From positions 729 through 64,728 of the forward strand of contig CAYORF010000005.1 in assembly GCA_964406305.1 (NCBI GenBank): 64,000 bases of DNA, given 5' to 3'. This DNA is from an uncultured Anaerolineales bacterium. GTDB lineage: Bacteria > Chloroflexota > Anaerolineae > Anaerolineales > UBA11858. A program made the position numbers and the translations under genes. Below, in pieces: positions 8,677-18,081 of this stretch (the stretch's first letter is position 1; the number at the start of each line of letters is the position of its first letter). The notes under the pieces are model-generated. The model saw only the letters and a list, made by a program, of their open reading frames with translations. It did not search any database and was not told where the DNA came from.

Positions 8677-9405
8677 ATGAAAGCATTGGTTATGTCAGAT
8701 ATTCATGGCAATCGCACTGCCCTGGAAGCTGTTCTGGAAGCTGCCGGGAAGGTCGATGCTGTCTGGTGCTTGGGGGATATTATCGGTTATGGTCCAGATC
8801 CAAACGATTGTGTCTCTATAATCAGAGACCTCCCCAACCTGGTTTGCCTACGGGGTAATCATGACAGCGCAGTGATCGGATTAACCGAAAAAGGGAAATT
8901 CAATTTTGCGGCTCAGAGAGTGATTGAATGGACCGAGGAGCAGCTGAATCCTGTTCACCGGCAATATTTGCAGACTTTGTCACCACAAGCGAAAGTTGAC
9001 CAGGTCACGCTGGCACATGGCAGCCCCAGGGATCCCGTCTGGGAATATATTATGGATGTCTATACGGCAACCGACAATTTCGAATATTTTGATACCCCTT
9101 ATTGTTTTATTGGACATTCGCATCTCCCGGTTTTATATTATATGAAAGAAGGAAAAGGGTTGGCGAATGTCACCTTTGTTTATCCAGGCGACACAGCTAA
9201 ACTTCCAGAAAACACCATTGTGAACCCAGGCTCGGTTGGACAACCCCGTGATCACGACCCCAGGGCGGCTTTTACAATTTATGATACGGAAGAAAATACC
9301 TGGGCCCAACACCGGGTACCCTATGATATTTCCGAAGTTCAGGCCCGGATGACCCAGGCTGGTTTACCGATCGAGTATGTACAACGGCTAGACCTTGGTT
9401 GGTAA
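8677..9405 (+). CDS. Metallophosphoesterase family protein (YfcE/MJ0936-like)
   Basis: MKALVMSDIHGN, GDIIGYGPDPN, GNHD and GHSH motifs. Start moved to the ATG at 8677 (GAGG 5 nt upstream); the ORF is open from 8650. Confidence 0.8.
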   Translation: MKALVMSDIHGNRTALEAVLEAAGKVDAVWCLGDIIGYGPDPNDCVSIIRDLPNLVCLRGNHDSAVIGLTEKGKFNFAAQRVIEWTEEQLNPVHRQYLQTLSPQAKVDQVTLAHGSPRDPVWEYIMDVYTATDNFEYFDTPYCFIGHSHLPVLYYMKEGKGLANVTFVYPGDTAKLPENTIVNPGSVGQPRDHDPRAAFTIYDTEENTWAQHRVPYDISEVQARMTQAGLPIEYVQRLDLGW

Positions 9406-9467
9406 GGGAACTTTTCTACATTTCCTAACGTCATTAGGATGAAAACATCACATAGTAAGGAGAAATA

Positions 9468-10403
9468 ATGATGAGAAAACAAATGCTTATCCTTTCCCTT
9501 GTTGTCCTCCTGATGGCATCCTGCGCCGGTAAAAGTTCCATTGGTTATGCGCCAGACGTCATGATGGAAAGCAGCGCGCCAATGTCACGGGGGGTGGCCG
9601 ATTCCTATGCCAAAGAGGCAGATAATTCTGTTTATTCGGAAGAAGGACTGCAGGTTCAGGAATCCCAAGTGCGCATGGTAATTAAAAACGCCTCGCTTTC
9701 GATCGTTGTAGAGGAACCTGGTGTCTCGTTAGAAGCAATCAGTAAATTGGCCTCGGATCTGGGAGGATTTGTAGTTTCCTCTAATTTGTATCGGACCCAA
9801 ACAGTCAATGGATTGGAGGTTCCCCAGGCTAACATCACCATCCGGGTTCCGGCTGACACATTGGACCAGGCTCTGGCGGAAATCAAATCTGGTGCCGGGC
9901 AAATTCTCAGCGAAAATGTATCCGGACAAGATGTCACCCAGGAATATACCGATCTGGAATCCCGACTTAGAAACCTGGAAAGGGCCGAAGAACAGCTGAC
10001 CGAGATCATGGAACAAGCCTGGGAAACGGAAGATGTTCTGGTTGTATATAACAGGTTGGTGGAAATCCAGGAACAGATCGAATTGATTAAAGGGCAGATG
10101 AAATATTATGAACAATCGGCTGCGTTGTCCGCGATCTCTATCAATATCCAGGCCAATGAAGCTGTCCAGCCGCTGAAGATCGGCAACTGGCAGCCCGTTG
10201 GAGTTGCTAAGAGGGCACTCCAGGCTTTGATCAACACCCTGAAATTCTTGGCTGACATGTTGATCTGGATCATGCTGTACATACTGCCGGTCGCTCTTAT
10301 CCTATTCTTCCCGGTCCGCTGGCTTTGGCGCTGGCTAAAGAAAGGGAGTGCAAAAAGGAAAGCAAGAAAAGAGCAGAAAAAGGGGCTGAAAGAAACCAAG
10401 TAG
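9468..10403 (+). CDS. DUF4349-like lipoprotein
   Basis: Lipobox LLMASC. Pattern ..ASLSIVVEEP.., IRVPADTLDQAL, DVTQEYTDLESRLRNLE coiled coil, and C-terminal TM plus basic tail, as in DUF4349 proteins. Confidence 0.7.
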   Translation: MMRKQMLILSLVVLLMASCAGKSSIGYAPDVMMESSAPMSRGVADSYAKEADNSVYSEEGLQVQESQVRMVIKNASLSIVVEEPGVSLEAISKLASDLGGFVVSSNLYRTQTVNGLEVPQANITIRVPADTLDQALAEIKSGAGQILSENVSGQDVTQEYTDLESRLRNLERAEEQLTEIMEQAWETEDVLVVYNRLVEIQEQIELIKGQMKYYEQSAALSAISINIQANEAVQPLKIGNWQPVGVAKRALQALINTLKFLADMLIWIMLYILPVALILFFPVRWLWRWLKKGSAKRKARKEQKKGLKETK

Positions 10404-10550
10404 AACCTTTACTTTCGAAGATGAAGATAATATTCAACTTCCGAAGTTTTTAGGGGACCTCTTTCAAGATCTGAGGTTTACTGACTTCGGAAGTCTTCAT
10501 TTAAGTAACTTTGGTAAAATTCTCATGTAGACTTTGGAAACAATATATCG

Positions 10551-11261
10551 ATGGAAAATCTTAAGCAGGATACAAAAGATCTGATCGGGATAACTTTATC
10601 CCCATACCAACTGTCACTTCTGGAAGAATATGAACAGGAATTGGATATTTGGAATGAACGTTACAGCTTGACCGCGATCCATGAACCTGAAAAAGTCCGT
10701 GTAAAACATTTCCTGGATTCTTTTAGCCCCATGCTGGTAATGAAGAATACCCCTGTTAAGAAGATTATTGATATTGGTACAGGGGCAGGATTTCCTGGCA
10801 TACCCCTTAAGATACTGTTACCGGATACCGAAGTAGTCTTGGTTGATTCAGTGAACAAAAAAACCGATTTTTGCGAACACATCATCGATCATTTGAAGCT
10901 CCAGGGTATATCAGCAATCCATGATCGTGTGGAAAACTTAGCGGTGGAAAAAGAATTCCGCGAGCAATTCGATTGGGCTGTCGCCAGGGCTGTGGCCCAG
11001 CTGGCTACACTCAGTGAATATATGCTCCCCTTTGTTAAGGTCGGCGGCAGGATGCTGGCCATGAAAGGAGATCAGGGTCCATTTGAAACCCAGAAAGCAG
11101 CTCCGGCAATCAGTTTATTGGGTGGACAGCTTCAGCAAGTTAAACGTCTAACCCTGCCGGGTGTGACAGAAGATCGATTTTTGATTACGGTTGAGAAAAA
11201 AGCTACTACTCCGGAGAAATATCCTCGCAGAGTAGGAGTGCCAAGCAAAAAACCCCTCTGA
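10551..11261 (+). CDS. rsmG: 16S rRNA (guanine527-N7)-methyltransferase
   Basis: IDIGTGAGFPGIPLKI SAM motif; length and overall GidB/RsmG pattern. Confidence 0.88.
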   Translation: MENLKQDTKDLIGITLSPYQLSLLEEYEQELDIWNERYSLTAIHEPEKVRVKHFLDSFSPMLVMKNTPVKKIIDIGTGAGFPGIPLKILLPDTEVVLVDSVNKKTDFCEHIIDHLKLQGISAIHDRVENLAVEKEFREQFDWAVARAVAQLATLSEYMLPFVKVGGRMLAMKGDQGPFETQKAAPAISLLGGQLQQVKRLTLPGVTEDRFLITVEKKATTPEKYPRRVGVPSKKPL

Positions 11262-12461
11262 TCAATTTGCCAATCCCCCGTTCTTGATCTCCCACTGGGT
11301 CGCTGATTTTTTAAACTCGTCAGAAAACAAATTCAGATCCGTTGTTGTTAACAAGGACTGTTCGGTTTTTGCCAAGAGATCCAACAGATCTTGGCGTCGG
11401 GTATCGTCCAATTCAGCCAGGACTTCATCCAGCAACAGCACAGGCCAATCCCCATTCTTTTCGTTAAGCCAGTTCACTTCTGCCAGTTTAATTGCAAGCA
11501 TAGCCGTCCGCAGCTGACCCCTGGACCCGAAATTTCCCAGGTCAATACCGTTGCTTAGGTAACGCATCTCATCGCGGTGGGGACCCCGGGATGTAACTCC
11601 ACGGTAGATATCTTCGGAACGGGAGGAAAGTAGTTTCTCACGATATCCATCCTGGATATCTTTCAGCTCTACTCTTGAACGATCGAGGGCATTCTCAAGC
11701 GGGAGTTCGATTTGTCCGGGCGGGGATGCTGCTGGATCAAATGATGGTAGATAATTAAGGCGCAAGATCTCTTCGCCCCTGGTCAGATCCTGGTGAATGG
11801 GGGCAGCGATATAACCGAGATCTCGTATAGCCTGGATCCGGGCATAGATGATGTAAGCACCTGCCTGGGTGATTTTTTCATCCCAGTAGGATAGTTGGTC
11901 AACATCTCTGGAGCGCTCGTTCAGTTGTTTTAAGAGGGCATTACGCTGGGTCAGAGCTTTATTATATTCAGAGAGAGATTCTGTATAGGCAGGATCGACC
12001 TGGGCCAGGGTCATGTTTAGGTAATGACGTCGCAACTGCGGTGAGCCAGTGACGATCTGCAGCATGTGGGGTAGGAATAGAACAGCATTAAAAGTGCCGA
12101 TAACTGAGTTGATCTTTTGCTGTGACCCATCCAATAGCACTTCTTTGCGAATACTGTTATTCCCATTGGAGTTGGTATCCTTGATAATGCGAATCTCAAG
12201 GTGGTGGTCAGTATCCTTCTTTCTGAAGTCAGCCACGATCCTGCAAACAGCCAGGTTGTTCTGAAGGGCTGAAAAGTTAATTAGGTCAAGGGAGTTGGAC
12301 GCCTGAAATGAATCCAGGGTAGAAAGATAATAGACTGCTTCTAGTAAACTGGTTTTCCCCTGGGCGTTATCACCGACCAGAATGAGCGAGTTAAGTGGAA
12401 CAGCCTGATCAAAGCGGGAGAATATTCGAAAATCAGTCAGGGATAGGTGTGTGAGGAACAT
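11262..12461 (-). CDS. recF: DNA replication and repair protein RecF
   Basis: MFLTHLSLTDFRIF.., Walker A GDNAQGKTSLLEA, signature-like GSRGQLRT, Walker B LLLDEVLAELD. Confidence 0.92.
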   Translation of the reverse strand: MFLTHLSLTDFRIFSRFDQAVPLNSLILVGDNAQGKTSLLEAVYYLSTLDSFQASNSLDLINFSALQNNLAVCRIVADFRKKDTDHHLEIRIIKDTNSNGNNSIRKEVLLDGSQQKINSVIGTFNAVLFLPHMLQIVTGSPQLRRHYLNMTLAQVDPAYTESLSEYNKALTQRNALLKQLNERSRDVDQLSYWDEKITQAGAYIIYARIQAIRDLGYIAAPIHQDLTRGEEILRLNYLPSFDPAASPPGQIELPLENALDRSRVELKDIQDGYREKLLSSRSEDIYRGVTSRGPHRDEMRYLSNGIDLGNFGSRGQLRTAMLAIKLAEVNWLNEKNGDWPVLLLDEVLAELDDTRRQDLLDLLAKTEQSLLTTTDLNLFSDEFKKSATQWEIKNGGLAN

Positions 12462-12466
12462 GCAGC

Positions 12467-12967
12467 TTAGATGGGATTATAATCCTCGTCTGTTTCCCAG
12501 ACGCGGATAGTTCGGTCAGTGAATAAGATACCATTGATATGATCAATTTCGTGTTGAAAGATCCTGGCGAGCCAGCCTTGTAATTTCATTTTGAGCGGTT
12601 TTCCATAGCGGTCCTGTCCTTCAACCACAATTTCTTGGGCCCGGTCAACTTCTCCCATAAACCCTGGAATGGACAAGCATCCTTCTGCGCCGGTAACTAT
12701 TTCCTGTGAAAAGCGGGAAATAGTTGGATTTACTGTCACATAAAGAATGGGCGGGATATCCTCATCCTCATCGCTGCCGTATTCAACCAGGATAACTTGT
12801 TGAGAAACATTCACCTGCGGGGCTGCTAATCCCGCTCCTGATGCTTCGTGCAGTGTGATGATCATATCATCAACTAATTCCTGAAGTTCAGGACCAAAAT
12901 CAGTGATTAGAGCAGCTTTTTTTCTGAGGGTTGGGTGGGGGACAAAGATAATATCTCTAGCGGGCAT
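12467..12967 (-). CDS. def: Peptide deformylase
   Basis: GAGLAAPQV, EGCLSIPG and QHEIDHINGILF motifs. Confidence 0.95.
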   Translation of the reverse strand: MPARDIIFVPHPTLRKKAALITDFGPELQELVDDMIITLHEASGAGLAAPQVNVSQQVILVEYGSDEDEDIPPILYVTVNPTISRFSQEIVTGAEGCLSIPGFMGEVDRAQEIVVEGQDRYGKPLKMKLQGWLARIFQHEIDHINGILFTDRTIRVWETDEDYNPI

Positions 12968-12987
12968 ACGATTATTGCTCCATATCC

Positions 12988-14625
12988 TTACAGCAGTATT
13001 GTTTCATCACCATCAAGCGGTTCGACTTCATCGTTGTTTTCTTCATGATAAGCCGCTAGAAATTCTACCATATCATCTCGACGGCGCCTGGACTCGCCCC
13101 GCTCGTTTTCTTTGATCACGGCATTATAACGCTCAAAGACCTCATTTTGAACAGAGATCGGCTGGGCGACGTGTTCAAAGTCCAACTGGATATCACCGAC
13201 ATTGATGGCGACCGTGCCAAAATCAAATATCCTCTGGATGATATTTTCCCTACTGTAATCCAGGCTGAGGATGTTTTCCAACAACGCAGAACGTTTGGTT
13301 TCCCTGCCAAAGGGTTTCCGATCCAGGTCGATCACTTGTTTGTCCGTGATTTGAAAGCGGTCATTGGCCCAGTCTGCAAAGGCATAAGCCAGGGCAAGAA
13401 CGTTCACCGTAAGAAGAATACCCAGAAGAGAAAAAGATGGGATTGGTATCAGCTGTACCAATCGAGCAAAGAAGGAGACTAGCAGGAGCACAAATAACAA
13501 CCACAGCCACCAGGAGTTCTTGAAGAGGATGAAGATATGTTTCCGGTAGTTGATGACTCCGTTCAGCTCATATCGAGCCCGGAACAGATTAATGAATTCC
13601 TGGAGAGGCGTGATCGTTTCTGTCAGCTGAGGTCCACCCTCCATGACTAGATCGGTGTATTCTTCTTCCTCGTCCATCGGTCCAGTTTCACCAGATAACC
13701 CTAAACGGCTGCGGATGGCCTGGTTGATATTGTCTTTATCAGTTTGTTGGGCCCGAGCCTTGGCGATTTCCTGCGCTTCTGAGATCAGATCCAGCAGCAC
13801 TTCAGGATGGGCCGTATTGCGCATGGGTATGTTCCCGGTATAGGTACGGATGATCACATCTCCATAGCCAAATATGCGCTGCATCTGATTTGAGGAGATA
13901 TTTACAGATAAGATGGATTGGAGCGGTACCTCACGGCGCTGGTCATGAAGCCAGATCACTTTTTCTACCCAGGCAGCCCTGTCGCTGGTGACCAGGTAAA
14001 AATCGTTCCGCCAGTCCAACCAGAGCCAGACCCCCCAGACAATAGAGATCAGGATAGTTATGGCCATGAATATCCCCAGATTCAAATGGAGTAGAATTGC
14101 CCCAATTCCTGTCAAGATTAAGAAAAGGGCTGGGAGAAGTAATTGTCCGTAGAGGACATTGATGTGTTTGCGATCAATAAACCGGATGATCTCCTCAGGC
14201 CCGATCCAGGGGAAATCATTTCTCTGCAGGATGTTTGCGCTTAATTTCAAGGCAGATAACCTGGTTCTGGTGGATGGGTAAGCCGAGAGGATGGCGATAA
14301 AGCCCCGCTTATTTACTGCCAGCAAGGTGGTGTCTTCCAGGGCAGTGGCAGTCTCTTTCCGCACCCCTTCTCTGTGTAATTCTTTATCTCCGAAGTGACC
14401 CCTGGGATTGATGATGATCCCGTTTTGGTTCTCATCTTCAATCAGAACTTTGCCCGATACAACCAGGAAAAAATTCCTACCTGGGAAACCTGCTCGGTAG
14501 AGCACTTCCCCCTCTTCCAGGGATATGGGATTAAAGAGAGGCAGTAATTGCCCCAGCTCGTCATCGCTCAGGAATCTAAAGAGAAAATGGTCATGCAGGA
14601 AGGAAAAGATCGTTTTTGAATCCAT
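12988..14625 (-). CDS. Cyclic-nucleotide-binding domain protein with two TM-hairpin/bacterial PH (YdbS/YdbT-like) modules
   Basis: N-terminal CAP-effector-like domain (FLSDDELGQL..GEVLYRAGFPGRNFFLVVSGKV). Two blocks of paired TM helices, each followed by a PH-like segment (..DFYLVTSDRAAWVEK.., ..DRFQITDKQVIDLDR..). Confidence 0.65.
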   Translation of the reverse strand: MDSKTIFSFLHDHFLFRFLSDDELGQLLPLFNPISLEEGEVLYRAGFPGRNFFLVVSGKVLIEDENQNGIIINPRGHFGDKELHREGVRKETATALEDTTLLAVNKRGFIAILSAYPSTRTRLSALKLSANILQRNDFPWIGPEEIIRFIDRKHINVLYGQLLLPALFLILTGIGAILLHLNLGIFMAITILISIVWGVWLWLDWRNDFYLVTSDRAAWVEKVIWLHDQRREVPLQSILSVNISSNQMQRIFGYGDVIIRTYTGNIPMRNTAHPEVLLDLISEAQEIAKARAQQTDKDNINQAIRSRLGLSGETGPMDEEEEYTDLVMEGGPQLTETITPLQEFINLFRARYELNGVINYRKHIFILFKNSWWLWLLFVLLLVSFFARLVQLIPIPSFSLLGILLTVNVLALAYAFADWANDRFQITDKQVIDLDRKPFGRETKRSALLENILSLDYSRENIIQRIFDFGTVAINVGDIQLDFEHVAQPISVQNEVFERYNAVIKENERGESRRRRDDMVEFLAAYHEENNDEVEPLDGDETILL

Positions 14626-14797
14626 ATTTTTTTTATCAAGATAATTTTAACACAACAAAGGCTTCACAGAACCCTGTTGACAGAGAGCCGGACTTAAACC
14701 CTGTATCCAGGTTCAAAAATAAGGCCGGAACCCGCCTAAAGGGAGCAACAGTGTTAGAATAGGGTACGTTTACTGAGTAGACTTAGGAGCAAGAAAC

Positions 14798-16258
14798 ATG
14801 CCTATAAATTTCGGAACAGATGGCTGGCGAGCAGTCATTTCCGACACATTTACTTTTCACAATCTTCGCATGGTAACTCAGGCGATCGCTGATGCAATTC
14901 GTTCTGGACATTGGCATAATAATGACACAGAAAACATCAAACCCGACCCCAATAAGATTGTAGTTGGTTTTGATACTCGTTTTCTCTCCGATCGATACGC
15001 CAGGGACGTAGCTCGAGTGATGGCTGCTAATGGGTATACCGTTTATATCGCCCAGGCAGATTCGTCTACTCCCTCCATTTCTTATGCAGTGAAAAACCTC
15101 AATGCCATCGCCGGCATTGTGATCACCGCATCTCACAACGCTCCTCGTTACAGCGGTGTAAAATTGAAAGCTGCAAATGGATGTTCTGCTTCACCAGAAC
15201 AGTCTCGCAAGGTTGAAGTTTACCTCAATGACAATCAGGAAAGAGGGCGCGGCCCAAACTTGATGGAATGGGATCAGGCGGTTGAAAAAGGTTTGATCAT
15301 CAGTTTTAATCCTATCCCCGAATACTATGAGCATTTGAGAACGCTGATCGATTTTGATACCATCGCTGGCAATCCGCCCAGAGTAGTAGTCGATTCAATG
15401 CATGGCTCCGGAAGGGGTATGATCAAAAGCATCCTCACTGGAACTGGCTGCGAGGTTAGCGAGATCCGTGGAGAAATGAATCCCGGTTTTGGTGGCGCAC
15501 ACCCCGAACCAATCGGCTCACGTCTCGGCGCTCTGGCTGGCGCGATCAGCACTGGGATGGGTAACTTTGGGTTGGCTCTAGACGGCGATGCGGACAGAAT
15601 TGGTGCCATGGATGAAAGAGGAAATTTTGTTGATCCCCATAAAATTATGGCCCTGTCCTTAAAATACCTGGTGGATCATCGAAATTTGACTGGACCTGTG
15701 GTGCGGACTGTTTCAACAACTCGCATGATAGACCGCCTGGCAGCCAAATACGACCTGCCTGTATATGAAACACCTGTGGGATTTAATCATATTGCGGATT
15801 ACATGATCTCTGAAAATGTTTTGATCGGGGGAGAGGAATCAGGCGGTATTTCGATCCAGGGTAATATCCCTGAAGGAGATGGGGTATTGATGGGATTGCT
15901 TTTAATTGAAATGGTTTCTGTTTACGGAAAATCCCTTCACACTCTAGTAAATGAGCTGCTGGAAGAAGTTGGACCGGCTTTTTACGAAAGAAAGGACCAG
16001 CGTTTGAAATACCCCATTCAGAAAAAAGAGATGGTTCAATATCTACTGGATAATAAACCAGCAGAGATTGGCGGAGTGAAAGTCACAGAACTCCTAACCA
16101 TTGACGGTGTGAAATATATAATGGATGATGATTCCTGGCTTTTGATCAGGCCGTCAGGCACAGAACCGGTCTTGCGTGTTTACGCTGAGGGGAGAACTGA
16201 GGAAATGGTTCAGGCTTTACTGGGATATGGAGAGGAAGTCGCTGAAAGTATCACCTGA
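14798..16258 (+). CDS. Phosphoglucomutase/phosphomannomutase family protein
   Basis: Active-site loop TASHNAPRYSGVKL, metal loop LDGDADRIGAMDE, sugar loop GGEESGG, and phosphate-binding RPSGTEP. Confidence 0.88.
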   Translation: MPINFGTDGWRAVISDTFTFHNLRMVTQAIADAIRSGHWHNNDTENIKPDPNKIVVGFDTRFLSDRYARDVARVMAANGYTVYIAQADSSTPSISYAVKNLNAIAGIVITASHNAPRYSGVKLKAANGCSASPEQSRKVEVYLNDNQERGRGPNLMEWDQAVEKGLIISFNPIPEYYEHLRTLIDFDTIAGNPPRVVVDSMHGSGRGMIKSILTGTGCEVSEIRGEMNPGFGGAHPEPIGSRLGALAGAISTGMGNFGLALDGDADRIGAMDERGNFVDPHKIMALSLKYLVDHRNLTGPVVRTVSTTRMIDRLAAKYDLPVYETPVGFNHIADYMISENVLIGGEESGGISIQGNIPEGDGVLMGLLLIEMVSVYGKSLHTLVNELLEEVGPAFYERKDQRLKYPIQKKEMVQYLLDNKPAEIGGVKVTELLTIDGVKYIMDDDSWLLIRPSGTEPVLRVYAEGRTEEMVQALLGYGEEVAESIT

Positions 16259-16283
16259 TCCGGATCACCACTTTATTGAATCA

Positions 16284-16327
16284 AACAACCACAGCGGAAG
16301 AGAGAAATTGCTGTGGTTGTTATTTTT
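16284..16327. terminator. Rho-independent terminator between convergent genes
   Basis: 12-bp perfect stem AACAACCACAGC (16284-16295) / GCTGTGGTTGTT (16310-16321) followed by ATTTTT. Confidence 0.65.
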
Positions 16328-16358
16328 AATCAGGTGACAGGGTATAAAACCATCTGAA

Positions 16359-16943
16359 TCAGTTGGTTGAGGTCCTTAAGCGCCGGCTGAGGATGATGAT
16401 CACCATTAATACTCCTGCAACCAGGACCAGCCCCGGAACCCCGAAGTCGTCGGCGAATCCCGTATCCGGGAGCGCAGTTGCTGTTGGAATCGGAGTAGTC
16501 CCTCCTCCACCAGCTTGTTGTGTCAGCAGGGCGGCAACCGTTTCTGTGGCGGCCGGATCGTCAGTTCCATCCGGTGTATTAGTGGGCGCCAAGACGGGAG
16601 TTGATGTGCTGCTAGGAATCATGGTAGGAGTATTCGTAGGCGGCGATGTTGCTGTAAAGGTGGGGGTCATTGTTACCTGTTTGGCAATTGCCGTCAGCTG
16701 GGCTTCCTCTGCCACTGCTGTATTGGTCGCATTTATCTCAGCAACCTGAGTCTGTTGGCCAGTATCACGACTTGGCAAGTACAGGACAGCATAGGCAGCA
16801 ATCGCCAGCAAAGCGATCAGGAGAATACCTCCAAGGATACCTGCAACGATCAGGAAGGTTCGATTTGAACCTCTGCTGGTTGAGATAGTCTCTTCACTCC
16901 CAATTTCTTCGAAATCCATATCTTCAAAATCGTTCATTCCCAT
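16359..16943 (-). CDS. Thr/Pro-rich surface protein with C-terminal LPDTG sorting-signal-like tail
   Basis: Acidic N-terminus, TM helix (FLIVAGILGGILLIALLAIAAYAVLYL), T/P-rich spacer, then LPDTG + hydrophobic helix + RRLRTSTN. Confidence 0.65.
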   Translation of the reverse strand: MGMNDFEDMDFEEIGSEETISTSRGSNRTFLIVAGILGGILLIALLAIAAYAVLYLPSRDTGQQTQVAEINATNTAVAEEAQLTAIAKQVTMTPTFTATSPPTNTPTMIPSSTSTPVLAPTNTPDGTDDPAATETVAALLTQQAGGGGTTPIPTATALPDTGFADDFGVPGLVLVAGVLMVIIILSRRLRTSTN

Positions 16944-16996
16944 AAGTCTCTCTCCTCAATTTACCCTGTCAGATCTTCCGTAAATTGGTTTAGTTT

Positions 16997-18055
16997 TCAA
17001 TCCTTAAGAATTTCCAGGTTAGTAAGCGGTAATATTGTACTCTTTTCATTGGCAAACCTGACTTCTACGAGTTTGGTTTCGATGCCATTGGATAGGCCTT
17101 GTTTGCCAGAGATTATTTTATCAATTTCCCCAATTTGCGGGGCTTGCGGTCCATTTATAATGATAACCTTTTTACCCACTTTGAGTGTTTCAGCTTCTGA
17201 GGGTAAATCTGGTTCAGAAGTAGATGATTGTGAAATGATACCCTCGGGGAAGTTTCCCCGGAAGGTGTCAAGTTCCTGGGCATTCAAAGCAATATTCTTA
17301 TCTTTGTTTTCGATCAGGATAGCTTCAGCTGCCTTGTTCATGGGTGTTTCACGGAAACCATCAATTACCATGATCGGGTAATCTATCTTTTTTGCCAGGG
17401 GTATTAGCTCCGAGGACATGCTGCCCAGGATCAATCCCTTGATTGGTACGATACCAGCAGCTTTCAGCACTTCTGGTTCCCTGCAGTATCCAGCTGTAAT
17501 GATCGAGCCCCTGAATCCTATATTGAGCTGTTCTACGACCAGTTCCTGCAGCATATCATTGCTGATAGGCTGTACGACGCCGTAGGTGATCTTGCCGTTA
17601 CCCCATACTCCTTGTATAAGGGCTCCTTTGGTTTCTATAATGGCGCCCCGTTCAGGGATGATATTTGTGACAGTTCCTTCCATGCCCGCTTGTAGTTCGA
17701 ACTCGGGGGAAATGATCTCGTATAATACTTTTCCTTCTCCTGCTATCCTTACGATTCCAGGCTGAGGTGCCCGAACCACGCGCTGGAATATTCCCACTGG
17801 TCCTGCGATGATATCTCCCTGTACTAGGTCTTCACCAGCCTGACGCTGGAGAAGTTCATCCGCCCGGACTGGGTTTACATTAAGACCCTGGGCAATATCT
17901 AGGAGAACGAACTTGGGAGCGAGAGGAGCGACCACAATCACATCTGCGGGGGATACTTTTTGCATCCGACGGACGAGGACATGACCGGCTACAGGTAGGA
18001 CCCGTTCCCGTTTTATGCTTGTGAGTGCATGGATATGTTTAACTTTACTGATCAT
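16997..18055 (-). CDS. Hypothetical soluble protein (352 aa), operon partner of the MutL-like ATPase
   Basis: Long ORF in operon context. No family recognised by eye. C-terminal KVGKKVIIINGPQAPQIGEIDKI resembles a KOW/SH3-like strand pattern (weak). Confidence 0.5.
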   Translation of the reverse strand: MISKVKHIHALTSIKRERVLPVAGHVLVRRMQKVSPADVIVVAPLAPKFVLLDIAQGLNVNPVRADELLQRQAGEDLVQGDIIAGPVGIFQRVVRAPQPGIVRIAGEGKVLYEIISPEFELQAGMEGTVTNIIPERGAIIETKGALIQGVWGNGKITYGVVQPISNDMLQELVVEQLNIGFRGSIITAGYCREPEVLKAAGIVPIKGLILGSMSSELIPLAKKIDYPIMVIDGFRETPMNKAAEAILIENKDKNIALNAQELDTFRGNFPEGIISQSSTSEPDLPSEAETLKVGKKVIIINGPQAPQIGEIDKIISGKQGLSNGIETKLVEVRFANEKSTILPLTNLEILKD

Positions 18056-18081
18056 TTTTTTATCAGGTTTATACCTGTAAC

